Assembly: GCA_965287045.1 (NCBI GenBank)
Contig: OZ336889.1
Coordinates: 45,384,001-45,448,000 of the forward strand
Direction of reading: 5' to 3'
Source: Carcharhinus amblyrhynchos
Taxonomy: Eukaryota
Length of the DNA: 64,000 nucleotides
Part shown: piece after piece, positions 51,460 through 64,000 of the stretch
Layout of the letters: the number at the start of each line of letters is the position of its first letter
Position numbering within the stretch: position 1 is the stretch's first letter
Program-made: the position numbers and the translations under genes
Notes under the pieces: model-generated
Told to the model about the DNA's origin: nothing
The model's database searches: none
What the model saw: only the letters and a program-made list of their open reading frames with translations

Positions 51460-51875
51460 GTACTCGTTAGAGCTTAGAAGAATGAGGGGAGATCTCATTG
51501 AGACATATAAGATGATGAATGGGATGGATAGGATAGAGTTGGAGAGAATCTTCCTGCTCAGAAAGGATAGTAGGACTAGGGGGCACAGCCTCAAGATAAA
51601 GGGGGGGGGGCGGTTTAGAACAGAGTTGAGGAGGAACTTCTTCACTCAAAGGGTGGTGAATCTCTGGAATTCTCTGCCCGTTGAAGTGGTGGAGGCTGCC
51701 TCGCTAAATATTTTTAAGACGCGGGTTGATGGGTTTTTGATAAGAGAGGGGATTAAGGGTTATGGGGAGAGGGCGGGAATGTGGAACTGAGCCACGACAG
51801 ATCAGCCATGATCTTATTGAATGGGGGGTGCAGGCTCGAAGGGCTAGTTGGCCTACTCCTGCTCCTATTTCTTAT
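51460..51875 (+). mobile_element. CR1 LINE 3' fragment (unit 2 paralog; tail split by an insertion)
   Basis: Paralog of 29807-30236. Confidence 0.92.
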
Positions 51876-52750
51876 AGAACATAGAACATAGAACATTACA
51901 GCGCAGAACAGGCCCTTCGGCCCACGATGTTGCGCCGACCAGTTACAAAAACAATGACCCACTAGCCTATACCAATCCCTTTTCGTCCATAAACCTATCC
52001 AGAGATCTCTTAAACGCCCCCAAACTAGACGCATTTACAACTGCAGCAGGCAGGGCATTCCAATCCCTCACCACCCGCTGGGTAAAGAACCTACCCCTGA
52101 CATCCGTCCTGTAGCTACCCCCCCTTAATTTAAAGCCGTGCCCCCTCGTGCTAGCTTTCTCCATCCGAGGAAAAAGGCTATCACTATCCACCCTATCTAA
52201 ACCTCTAATCATCTTATATGTTTCAATAAGATCCCCTCTTAGCCGCCTTCTTTCCAACGAAAACAACCCTAAATCCCTCAGTCTCTCCTCATAGGACCTC
52301 CCCACCATACCAGGCAACATCCTAGTAAACCTCCTCTGCACCCTCTCCAACGCCTCCACATCCTTCTTGTAATGCGGGGACCAGAACTGCACACAGTACT
52401 CCAAGTGCGGCCGCACTAGAGTAGTGTACAGTTGCAACATTACACTGCGACTCCTAAATTCAATCCCCCTACCAATAAACGCCAAGACACCGTACGCCTT
52501 CTTAACAACCTTATCTACTTGATTCCCAACTTTCAGGGATCTATGTACACACACACCTAGATCCCTCTGTTCATCCACACTATTCAAAGTCCTCCCGTTA
52601 GCCCTATACTCGACACATCTGTTGCTCCTACCAAAGTGAATTACCTCACTTCAAAGTGAATTAGAGATAGGATCTGTACACATTTAGAACTGAATAGTCT
52701 TATTAGCGATAGACAGTATGGTTTTTTTGTGCGAGGGAGGTCATGCCTAT
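51876..52750 (-). mobile_element. Young CR1 LINE insertion specific to unit 2, with an inverted 5' segment
   Basis: Uninterrupted 206-aa ORF2 C-terminus (51967-52587) and (ATAGAAC)n tail; absent from the homologous site at ~30218. Confidence 0.93.
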
Positions 52751-55700
52751 GTTCTTATGTTATGTTCTAATCCTCCATGGAATTTCTGCTGCCTCTACTC
52801 GCTGCAGCTAGACCAAAGAATAAGTGTGCAAATAAATAAGGGCAAAAACTAACTTAATATCAGCGCAGGTGACGGAGGTTTTGGTACAATTGCAGCTCAA
52901 CGCTTCAATATCGGCAGCTTTGCAAACCTCAATCGGAGGTTCAAATTTGCTGCTCTTTGTCTGCGCATGCGCCGAGACTTGCATCGGGTTCCGACGCGCA
53001 TGTGCGGGGCATAATCGACTTTCAGTCGCATTCGGGCAGCAAGTTGCGGGCCACGTATTCTGTTGACCTTTCTGATTTCTCAAACTGGGTCTGACATTTC
53101 CCACATGTTAATGAATTCCCTGGAACATGGACTTGCAAATTTGCAGCACCTTCGCCACCTGCTGTTTGGACTGCGGTGTGGCACTTCCTTCCACTGAAGC
53201 CATGGCATCAGCGTTCCTCAAAGTCGTGACCTGGTATTTACACATTGCCCCATTTTCAGGAACTTGGATGTTTAAAATGAACACGACTCACTGCATCTCT
53301 ACACCTGCCTTCACACACAGGTTGTACATCCCCCTATTCCATTCGATGATGCTGTTTCTCCTCCACCAGCACAGTTTCGACATCTCGTTCCTCTGAAACT
53401 CTCTGCCCTGTTCCCCAAGGAGCACCTCTTCCACTGACTCACCACCATGACCTACTGGTATGTCCAAGGACAACTGTGAATCCAGCAGATGGAAATGTTT
53501 GCAATTGTTGATCGGATGAAATAAACTTCCCTCCTCGTACACCGTTTAAACATTTAGTTAATGACATTTCGTTTGTGCATTATAACACCAGAATGAACAA
53601 AGATTACTTCAGGATTAATGTCCGCCCCCCCCCCTCCGCCCCCCCGACCACACACGCACACAGTTACCGGACAAATTCCCGGTGTTCAGTGCGGTCATTC
53701 AGGAAGATAAAACAGCCCCTGGGCAAACGGTGCCCCCTGACATTCTGGGCAACCGTTCCTTCTGAAAGGAAATGTTGATTCACTTTCTCCCGTTACCGGA
53801 AGCAAACAGAAAAAACATTCTGTGAGGACGAAAATTAGACACAACATTTGTTGAGAAGTCAGCACCATCTCAATACCACTGAAATTTACCACATCTTCTT
53901 AAATGAGGAACTGCTCATATCACGTGACCCTGTAACCTAAGATTTATATTTTATACGGAACAGCGTGAATCCATACACGTGCCCAGGCTCAACTTCCAAG
54001 GCATTGAATTTCTTACGGCACTCACTACACCGCCAGTTTATCTGCCAAAGGACACCTTTGAATCCGTCAGAATGAAATGGTTATAAATATTTATTACATG
54101 AATAAACTTTCCATGCTCTAACATGGTTCAAACACTCAGTTAGTGACGTATCGTTTGTGCATTCCAGAATTAGTCTGAGCACTGGTTACTCCGACCTGAA
54201 TGGTTCCCAACAGTTACCTGAGCACCTCAGTGAGCTCAAACAGGAAGGCGTCACCGCCCAGGTCACAGAGTGCTTCCGGGCATTATGGGTAACCATTTTC
54301 TCAATACATAAATGAATAAAAAACCTTGTTTTCTTACTACCCTGTCTTCTGAAACCCTTTGTACAGTTAATGGAGACAAACCTAATGGTACAAATACAAA
54401 CTGATACGTCCACATTGTGCCAACGACGATTAGAGATTACAGTTGATAACAAGGGCGGCACTACCTTCAAACAACTGGAATTTTCGACACTTATGAAATG
54501 AGGAAACATGCACATCCAATTGCCTTTTAACTATCTACAATCAAACTAAGATTTTTTTGATCAAATATCATCGATTCATATCCATGTCCTGGCAGGACGC
54601 CCAAATCATTGATAGTTTTACGGCCCCTATAAATAAATGACACGCTTCCACTTGCAATCACTGCCTGTCAATTTCTTTCCAGGCTGAGGTATTGATTTTT
54701 CTTGGACGACTTCAAGCTTCCATTACCGAAGACGCGGCGATGCCTGCTTTCAAGTTCACAAAGCCGAATTTTGAGACCTGCATCCACTAAATTATGAAAT
54801 AATTTATTCTGATTCACATTCTGCGATGCAACACGTTTTGAAGTCAGTTAAATGATTGATTTCTACTTTGCTAAGGTAACAATTTTCTAAAATGTACTTC
54901 CCCATTTATTTTACTGTCAGCATTTTATGGTTTAATTCAACGCTTTCCACGTTCTTTAAATTATGTTAAACGTGTACAGACCCATGAAAACAATTGAAAT
55001 GTTTGAAATTAGTTTTGAAATCCTTTAAATTCATTTAGAACTTTGGAAAGCGCCCGGCGGAGGACTGAAGGGATTTCAACGGCCGTTCCGTCAAATGTTG
55101 ACTTCAATCGGGCTGCCACTTCTGAGACTCGCGTATACTCCTGGTGCCTGTCTCCCTAGACAGCTGAGTCCGGCAGCAGGGAGATGAAGACCCGAAACCT
55201 GCAGTGGTAAACGTTAAGGCAGCAGATTCAATAGTGGTCAGCGGCACGACAGCCTCGCAGCCAACCGGATCCTCTGGGTGAATATTTAAGAGATACTTAC
55301 GATTCGCACTGCTGTGATGTCACCAAGCATTGTAAGGAACTAACGGCATTACAGCATTTTTACAGACAATAAATTAAAAAGTACAAACTCGCCCGTCATT
55401 AAAAGCCGAGACAAACCTCATTCAGGAAGATGTATAGAGCAGTTTAAGCAGAGAGCCTAATAGTGTAATAACACAAGTTCTTGAAAATTCAATAGTTTGG
55501 AGTTGATTGCAGTTGTCAGGAACCCGGCTGATGTTATCTGCGAAGATGTCCCAAACTGAAGCACCGAGAAATGGGTGTGTAAACCGGATCGGTGTGAGGA
55601 ATAATGTGCAAGACCCAACGAGTAGAGTGGACAGCCCAGTCGGAGTACAACACTAATAAATACAATAAAAACGACATATATACACTAATAGCACTGTAAC

Positions 55701-58700
55701 GATCGAAAACAGTGAAATGTAGGAACTACTAAACTCACACACGCACTATAGGCAGAAATTAGACTACTTACGCGATCTGAAAAATTTCAGAACTTTCCTC
55801 CCTGAACAACATCCAATTCAATAGATTTGTAAGTGAATGCCAGCTTATGGTTACTACACTGTATTCGATTGTTTAAGTTTATTTATTAGTGTCACAAATA
55901 GGCTTACATTAACTCTGCAATGAAGTCACTCTGCAATCCGTTTGTTGCCATACGGCAGTGCCTATTCGGGTACACTGAGGTAGAATTTGGAATGGCCAAT
56001 GCACCAAAGCAGCACCTCTTTGGGACGGTGGACGGAAAATGGAGGACCCGAGGAAACCCACGCAGACACGGAGAGAAAGTGCAGATTCTGCACAATTAGT
56101 GACACGGGCCCCTGGCGCTGTGAGGCAGTAGTGCAAAATACTGAGCCACTTTGAGAACTTATTCTGGAGAATTGAAAATATGACTTTAACTGCCTCCACA
56201 AAGATGTCAGCCCTCATGCTTCGAGTCCGCGAGCTGGGACTGACCACTCCTCTTCTCTCCACAGTTAAGTTCCTCTCTCTGTTACAGTTTAAGCACAGAG
56301 GCAGTGCCTATACAATGAAAAAAAGAGCGGGTGCAAAAATCATCAGCTTTAGGAAAAGGCGGATGACAATTTTAAAATAAATTCCTTGCGGAAATGCACT
56401 TTTATATGAACTTCAATTCCTGCAGTCCCAACACCAGCATGAAGAAAATCTGCCACAGATACCAGTAAAATACCCATCTCAGTGAACTTTTGCTTTACTT
56501 TTCCTTTTGTCATTGAATTTTAATTTGGCTAAGGAAACAGCGAACTACTGCAAAGCTTGGTAATTCAACGTGTTTTCCTGTGTAGGTGATCATATTCCGA
56601 AATTGAGAGTTATCTTGTGAAATAGTCCATCACTTTATCTGGGTGGGTTTTTATATCCACGCAAGTTAACCTTTTTTCCTGTTTTAAACGCATGGAGCCG
56701 AGCCAGATTAAGTTATATGATAACATCATATAAACGTTTAAGAACAGGCTGCTAACTTCATCTTCATTTTAGACGCCGGTCACCACCCACAACAGCTCCA
56801 CCTCCCCCGCACCACCACCACCTCCCACCCGCTACCGCCCCCCCCCCACCCCACCCCGCCAACCCCACGCCCCCCGCCCCCCACCCGCCCCCCCCCCCCC
56901 CCCCCCCCTCCCCACCACCTCGCCCTTCCAGCCCCAAAAACGAAAAGTCTGTTATGGTCAGATTTGGAGAGGTCTGATGGGGGAGTCGTGTGCATCCCCT
57001 CTTCAAGTGGCTGTAAGACTATCCATTGTAACATATTTCCAATCGTTACTGCATTCTTCAATTCCAGTACCAATCTTTCCGCAGGATCTTTATAAAATGT
57101 CTCTCTGAAATCCAAGTACCAGACTTTCCAACTATCATGGCTCTTTACCAAAGAAACACAACAAGTTAGGTGAATGAATTCTCGGCCATGACTCTAATGC
57201 CCTATCTTTGTAGATCTGCTTTCTGTACGGATGCTCGATGATATTATTTCTAATAAATGTTTCCCGACTTTTCCACCCAATGGGCGGCAGACTCACCACA
57301 TGTGTTTCCATGAATCACTTTTACTACTATTAAAAGAGTTAATCTGCTTACGTCCCGTGCCCAGACACCTCCCCAGTATTCAGCATTTTCTCGGATATTT
57401 CTGCCAGAGTTCCTGCAACTTCCTAAAGTAAGATTTCTTGAAAGCAATTGATTAGGCTGTGGATCGATGGCCGAGTGCTATTATCGCTACACTATTAGTC
57501 CAGAAAGCCAGCTGATGTCCTGTGGCCAGAGATTCGAATTCGGCAACGGCAGCTGTTGCTAATAAAAAAAATGTGGGAATGAGGACCATGAAACGATTGT
57601 CGGCAAAATCCCATCTGGTTCACTAACGTACCTTTAGGGAAGGAAATCTGCCGTCCTTGCCTGGTCTGGCCTCAATGTGACACAAGAGCCACAGCAACAG
57701 CCCTCTGATCAAGAGCAACTAGGGATAGGGAATATGTGCTGGCCACCCAGCGACGTCCGTGTCCCACCAATGAATGAAAAACAATGCGCTCCTATTGGGT
57801 TTTTACGGCTGTTTGGCCATCATTTGCTCTCATTTGGGAAGCACGTTATTTACAGAGAATTGAGTGTCAAATGCGCGCCGATATCAGGACCCGGGAATAG
57901 GAGAGGTCACGTGTTGGGCATATCCATGAGACTGAATCAATCTGGGTCGAGTTCATGCACTGCTCGAAGTGGAGTCTGTTCCTTAACGGCGCACTGGAAA
58001 ATTCGAAGCACTTGGTTCCAGAAATTAATTGAAAAGAACACATCCCTTTATTTAGAGACCATTCAGTAGTATGAGGCGATCATGGATTTATTTCTCCCGA
58101 TTTCTTCACGGCAAACAAAATATTTTTGGACGCTTCCTCTCTCACAATTCCAAACCATCCCTCGAACTTATGATTTGCAATCATGGAGCGGTAGTACATA
58201 CAGAAGGAGGCGGTTCGGCCGATCAAGACTGACTGGCGCTTTGGAATTGAGATCCGTGAAATCCCACTCAACTCATCTTTCCCCTGACAATTCTCCTCCT
58301 GACAATTCTCCCCATTACAATTACATGGCGCCTTTCACGATATCAGGGCGTCCTGAGGCTCTTCACAGTCAATGGAATACTTTTGAAGTGTAGTCACTGT
58401 TGTGATAGGGATCAGGGCAAAAAAATCTGTGCACATCTCACTTTCACAAGCAGAAAGGTCATCAAAGCAAAATCATTTCCAGTGATGTTCATTGAAGGGA
58501 AGGTTGTTTACCCAATACTTTCATGGATTGATTTCATGGATTTATTTTCTTTAATGGAGTGATATGAACCACGTAAAGGCAAGAAAATATTAGATTCGAG
58601 AGGCATCTGCATCAGCACAGACTGGTGGGCCGAAGGGCCAGTTCCTGTGCTATACTGTTCTTTCAGTAAAACTCACATCTACATGGGACACAATAGGCAG

Positions 58701-61700
58701 ACACGGTTTCATGACTCTTCTGAAGGATGTCATAGTCAACAGAATGGCATGATTAAAGAATGCAATTCTGTTGAAATGCTATAAATCAGTTTCAGTGGCC
58801 AGGAAACAATGTACCAGGTTTAATTTTCTTTGTCCAATGCCTATGGAATTCATCAATCTAATTGCTAAATGGCTGTACCGTCATTTGTAGAACCTAGACA
58901 GAGTTCTTCAGCTGGCACAGGAGATAGAGCAGGTTTGCAGCTTTCAGAACCGTGTTTGGTCAAACAGCGCATTGACTAACAGGCTGTGCAATTGAATGTG
59001 GATATCTGTGATGAAGCCAAAATCAGCAGCCACACGCTCCAGCAAAAGATGGATTGAAACCTTGCATTGTTTCTATTAAAGTTTTGCACTGACAGTTTTT
59101 AACCTGGCTTTAGCAATCTTCTTCATCTTGTGATTGGTCAACGAGGGCCAAGCCGAATAAAAATTAAATTACTTCCTACTCCCTTCGTCGGTAATCAACA
59201 CCAGGAAACACTTAACAACCTGGACATGAGGACATAAGAAAGAGGAGCAGGAAGATGACCTTTTGCCCTTCGAATCTGTTGCGCCATTCAGCAAGGTCAT
59301 GAACAGATCACCTACCTCAAGACCACCTTCCTGCGCTATCCCCAAATTCGATGATTAGCTGAATAAGTCAAAATAAATCACCAGCTTGAATGATCACAGT
59401 GACTGCGATTCCACAGTTCTCTGCGTAGAAAATTAAAATATTATCAATATGATGCACATTGTTGGGGTGCAAGTCTTGATCCTGTCCAAACACTGCCCTC
59501 TAAACACAGCCAACGCGATAATGATCAATTTATTCCTGTTTCCTGTTTTCTGTCCATTCACCAATTTAAATTCAGTCTCAGATATTGCACCCAATCCCAC
59601 ATGTCCGAATTCTATCCATGAAACGTGTGTGGTGGTTCCTGATTTATCGGTTTTTTTGTAAAAATACGAATAAACCCGCTGACCCCACCTTATTCTTCTT
59701 TCCAGTAACATTCTCAAAAAACTGACTTTCAAAGTCTGCTATTATAACCCCGCCAAGAAAGAGTTCTAGGTTTTTGCCTGCGCTTGGTGCTAGACTCACA
59801 GTCCTCTGATTCCACAATTTTTTTTCCTCCTTTCATAAATTTCAGGATTGACTTTGCCACATTCCAACCTTCGAGAACTATTGCAGAATCAAGGGATTCC
59901 GGAAGTTTGACTACAATATCTCCTTGCAGTTACCTCGGTTAAACTATGTGCTGTGGAACCTCAGTCCCATGGGATTTGTCACGATTTATTCTCATTATTT
60001 TCACATCTACAACTTCTTCTCTTATACCGATTTATTTAACTTCTTCGTTCTGGCTGAACCATTGATTTCTAATTATCTTTGGATTGATTCTCCTTCGTAA
60101 TTCCTTATGATTTCGCCAACTTTTGCCGCTAACCACACATTTATATCAATGGATAACTTCTTATCTCAATATGTTTAGTTACAAGCTGTATTTAGGACTC
60201 TTGCCAGTCAAATCTTTGCTCTGACCTCATGAATTTCTTGGTCCTCATTTGTTGAGCTCTGAAAACCCCAAAACTCCTATCTTACGACTCTTTTGAATAT
60301 ACTGTATATGGGAATGGGATTACAATAGGTAGGTCTGTGATGGTCGGTGCAGTCACGGTGGGCCAAAGGGCTTCTTTCTGTGCTGTTAAGTGTTATGACT
60401 TTGAGTATTTCACCTGACTGTATAACAGTGGTGAAGTTTGTTTCCGGATAAAATTGCATCTTGTTTACTGAATTATCCTTACTAATCCCTGTGAAGTATT
60501 AGATTTGGCAAATTTTCTTCATCAATAAGAGTCACGAAAAATCGTATTGCATTTGATCTTAGGTCAGTTCATTTATTCATCAGCTTTATTTGGAGATCCT
60601 AACACTGATCCATAACTGAAACTGCAATGAGCATATTGCTTGGACTGATTTGATTTGCTGCATTTTAATTAATATTATCTGATGCATAATGGTAATTGAT
60701 AAAGAGCCTTGCACTATTACGGCATCGCATTTCACCAGACTCTGTAACAGCGGTGGGTCTTTTTTCCAGAAAACTTTAATGTGTAAGTCAGCAGAGTAAT
60801 AGAGCGAAGCCAGATACAAGGAGCTTTAAACACTATAAGGTTTCACAGAGAGGTTTCTGAGATTTGATGAAAGAGTGTGTACGTTGAACCCTTAATGGGG
60901 TGGTAAGATTTTTGAACCAGTAGACATTAAAGCACTGACGGAACCAGCAGCATTCAGTTAAATAACTGTTAAAATAAGTTTATCGGTTAACAAGAAGCAA
61001 TTTATGCACATGAGATGCAGTACCGGATTCAACTGAATGATTATGATTATAAAACACATGTGCTGATATTTTGGATGTATTGTTACTGATTTTACGGAAT
61101 ATTGTTCATTTTAGTCAAACATCATTTTACCGCAAGGCATCATGATAAAAGTCATTGCCGCAAGCCAAATGTCGTGAGAATCTTAGGCCTCGAAAATATG
61201 CAAGTTCCATCAGTAAAGTTTTGTATGGAAGGAACATATCGAACACCTAATCATATATCATGAGTAGGTTTATTCATTGTCCAGACGAGATAGACTGGTG
61301 TCCAGACGGGGTGTCGAGTTAGTTGGGGGTACAGTGAACTTTAAGGGAACCCGTGAGAGCGTTCATTTGAACACTGGGCTAAATGTCTTAGGTTACTTAC
61401 GCAACCAGGATGCAGACTCAGTCCAGACAGAATTACCTTCCAGATTTCTCGGACTAATTAAATACCATTATGCTGAGGGTTAGAATGTGGTTGGGTATCT
61501 GACGTGTATTACTGTTGATTTGTGCATCTGGAAAATAATTGATTCAAAGTTACTGAAAGGCGCAAATGATTCATAAGTGAAAAAACTAAGATTGATTTGT
61601 TTTTGATTGCATATGTTAGATTCATCGGAGAGGTTTTGCTGCGCTAAGTCAGAGCTACTTAACTCTTTGACGAACTCCTGGAGACTTTTGCTTTAAATAA

Positions 61701-61954
61701 AGTTACGTCTTTAATACAGAGATACTGGCTTCGTGAGTCTTGCATGTTCTAAAGCTTGGGTAGTACCGGTCATCTCGGTAACCCCACCAACAGGGAGTAC
61801 GAGCAATAGCTTAGATTCCACAGCTGAAAATAAAAGGTTTTCAATATAACATGTTACGGAAGGCGGAATAATACCGAAAAAGTATTAGATTTGACTGACC
61901 TTGAAAATAGCAATAAAGGATACGGTGAGTCGTATTGCATTTGATCTTAATTAT

Positions 61955-61960
61955 TTTATT
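61955..61960 (-). terminator. polyadenylation signal AATAAA, cluster 3
   Basis: Position homologous to clusters 1 and 2. Confidence 0.65.
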
Positions 61961-62267
61961 GAACACTTTTATCTAAATGTCTGAGAGTAAGTAGACTCTT
62001 AAATTGCAATAACCGAATTGTTGCAGTTTAATTATGATTATCGGATACATAAATGTAAATTGATAAACAACGAGGATTCACTGAACACGGCAATGTTCCG
62101 ATTGAAGACCCTTTTAAAAGAGCAACTGTTAAAACCCGAAGCTCCAGCCGCGGTGGCCATTTTCTTCAATTTCTGAAGTACGATCAATTTCTACTCTTTT
62201 TGTCACATGAAAGAGATGAACCGAAATGAACAAACATTCGCAGCTGGGCCGACAGCAGTTTCTGAAT

Positions 62268-62590
62268 TTACATACAGCTGGATCTGGAGACGGTTGTTTT
62301 AAGTGGGTTTGCTAGAGCCTCGTGTTTGACCAGACAGGAGTAAAACTCGTGTGACTTCCAGTCTAAGGCTGACAGAGTCAGATAACTGCTCACACTGAAC
62401 GTGTTGTCCGCCTCCTGCTGGACCCGACTGGTCTCAACCCCATTCCGCCTGACGATGCCATCTATAGTCCATTCAATCTCCGCAGCTCCCGGTTTAAAAC
62501 CGCTCACCAAACACACCAGGGTCGCCGTGTTCTTCGCGGTGATTTGATCCGATGAAGGTGGGAGGAGGGAGACAGATGGTTTCTGCGGAC
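62268..62590 (-). CDS. IGLC: IgL cluster 3 constant exon (VJ and leader expected beyond the window end)
   Basis: Intact C1-set frame; the homologous J-C intron continues to 64000. Confidence 0.93.
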
Positions 62591-64000
62591 CTGTTTTAAA
62601 AATAAAATAGGTTGAGTAGTGTTGGAGAATTGATTTGGTTGACGCATTATGATTTTCCAAAAAAAATCTAAATCCTGTCATTCATTAAATACAATAAATA
62701 GATCCCTTTACTTTGTGTGTTTATCCGAGGAACGGTGAAGGAGGGAGATCGATGGGACATTTGGATCTAAAAAGCGAAGTTCACTTTTAATGACTGACTG
62801 GGGTTGAACTGGAGTTGACTCTGTTCAATGTTATAGACAACAATTCAATACATGCGCTTTATATTTCGCAATGTGTCTCAGAACACCATTAATGACATCT
62901 TGGCTCATAATACATTGTTGAAAATAACCCTGTTATCTTTAGCTGCCGTGTTTCCACATTGAGAATCTGCGTTGCCAGTTAAAATAAGAAATAGTATTAG
63001 AAAAGCTGAACAAAGATTAAATTTGCTCTATTGTGTTCCGATGGGAAGAAATGTTGATCAGTTTTACCTTCATGTTTTTACTCCTGAAATTTGATGTTAT
63101 AATCCTGAGCAGTGTAGTTACAGTTTCTCTGGCAGTTTCTCCCTGCGAGGTTCTCCCCTCTCGGCTCAGACGGTTTCAACTCCACACGGGAAGCTGACCG
63201 CGCTATCTGTACAGCAGTCCAGCGACGGGAAAGTGGCTCAAGGCCGTAGTTACAGCTTTTGGATTAGAATCAAACCAGGATCCTCGATTGTTGGACCTAA
63301 CTCACTAAGTGTTACAGTTTTGGAGGAAGTGCCGTCAGGCTACCGTCATTGTGCGAAATCAGATTAACCAGTGATCGTTCTCACTAACGTCTATGGGGAA
63401 AAAGTGGCCGCGCAGATCATTTTGCGGATCTCATTAACAAAGATATTACGGCAAACACTCTGATATGTTTCGGATACAAGCCACGAAATAAACGCAACTA
63501 CTTGTTAGTACGGGCTGTGTCCTTAAATGTGCGTCTTTTGTTTGAGAGGACGATGGAAGTCTTGACTTTGTGCAACAGTAACAATGGTGATCTCCGGACA
63601 GATAGGTTTACATTGAGGTTGACAGAAGTAGGAGTCGGGGGAATGTAAAATCTTTCATCGACCCAGCATCCACCGTGTTACACTTTGGGCCGAGTTGCAA
63701 TCCGCTCTCATACTGCTGGTATGGAGGCGCTATATTGATGCAACTTTCTGAGCGAGATTTAGAGCTAAGAGACAGTCTTACGAATTTAACTGCATAATTA
63801 GTGGAAGAGGTCAGTGTTAAATATGATGAACAGCATTACTATAGTGGAATTGTTACACTGGGTCACAATCTGCCTTCTCTGATTACGGGTCTCTGCCTCG
63901 AAATAAGCAACAAACTCAGATTAGATTTCAACAGCGGAAGTGATTGGAGATTCCTGTGGGGCGCATGCTCAATACACAGGACAATCTGGCAATGTGAATG

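Larger units (their letters stand above)
33711..56243. repeat. Tandem segmental duplication unit 2 (~22.5 kb)
   Basis: Collinear with unit 1, plus an ~875-bp CR1 insertion. Confidence 0.95.
56244..64000. repeat. Tandem segmental duplication unit 3 (partial)
   Basis: Collinear with 33711-~41470 at an offset of ~22.53 kb. Confidence 0.95.

Noticed and set aside
1-64000. CRISPR arrays, prokaryotic operons, rRNA
   Set aside because: The sequence is vertebrate genomic DNA with spliceosomal introns and LINE/SINE repeats; no such structures seen.

Overview
Eukaryotic, repeat-rich genomic DNA from a cartilaginous fish, most likely a shark (inferred from the Ig sequences and from CR1, HE1-type SINE and DeuSINE repeats). 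The window covers one edge of a tandem array of ~22-kb immunoglobulin light-chain minigene clusters, all on the minus strand. Two clusters are complete and apparently intact: octamer promoter, leader exon, germline-joined in-frame VJ exon with no RSS, ~2.6-kb intron, lambda/type II-like C exon and polyA signal. The C exon of a third cluster lies at the right edge, with its VJ beyond the window. Repeat units start at about 12206, 33711 and 56244. The two V paralogs differ almost only in CDRs, partly through tandem substitutions, and identity between units is strongly mosaic. Each unit carries a relic second copy of the C 3'UTR. An older paralog of the unit's downstream flank lies at ~5.9-7.9 kb, outside the array. 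A unit-specific CR1 insertion has an inverted 5' end. Nearly all other ORFs in the track are TE fragments or noise. Repeat boundaries and identity levels were judged by eye, and repeat family names come from recalled consensus sequences, not database searches.
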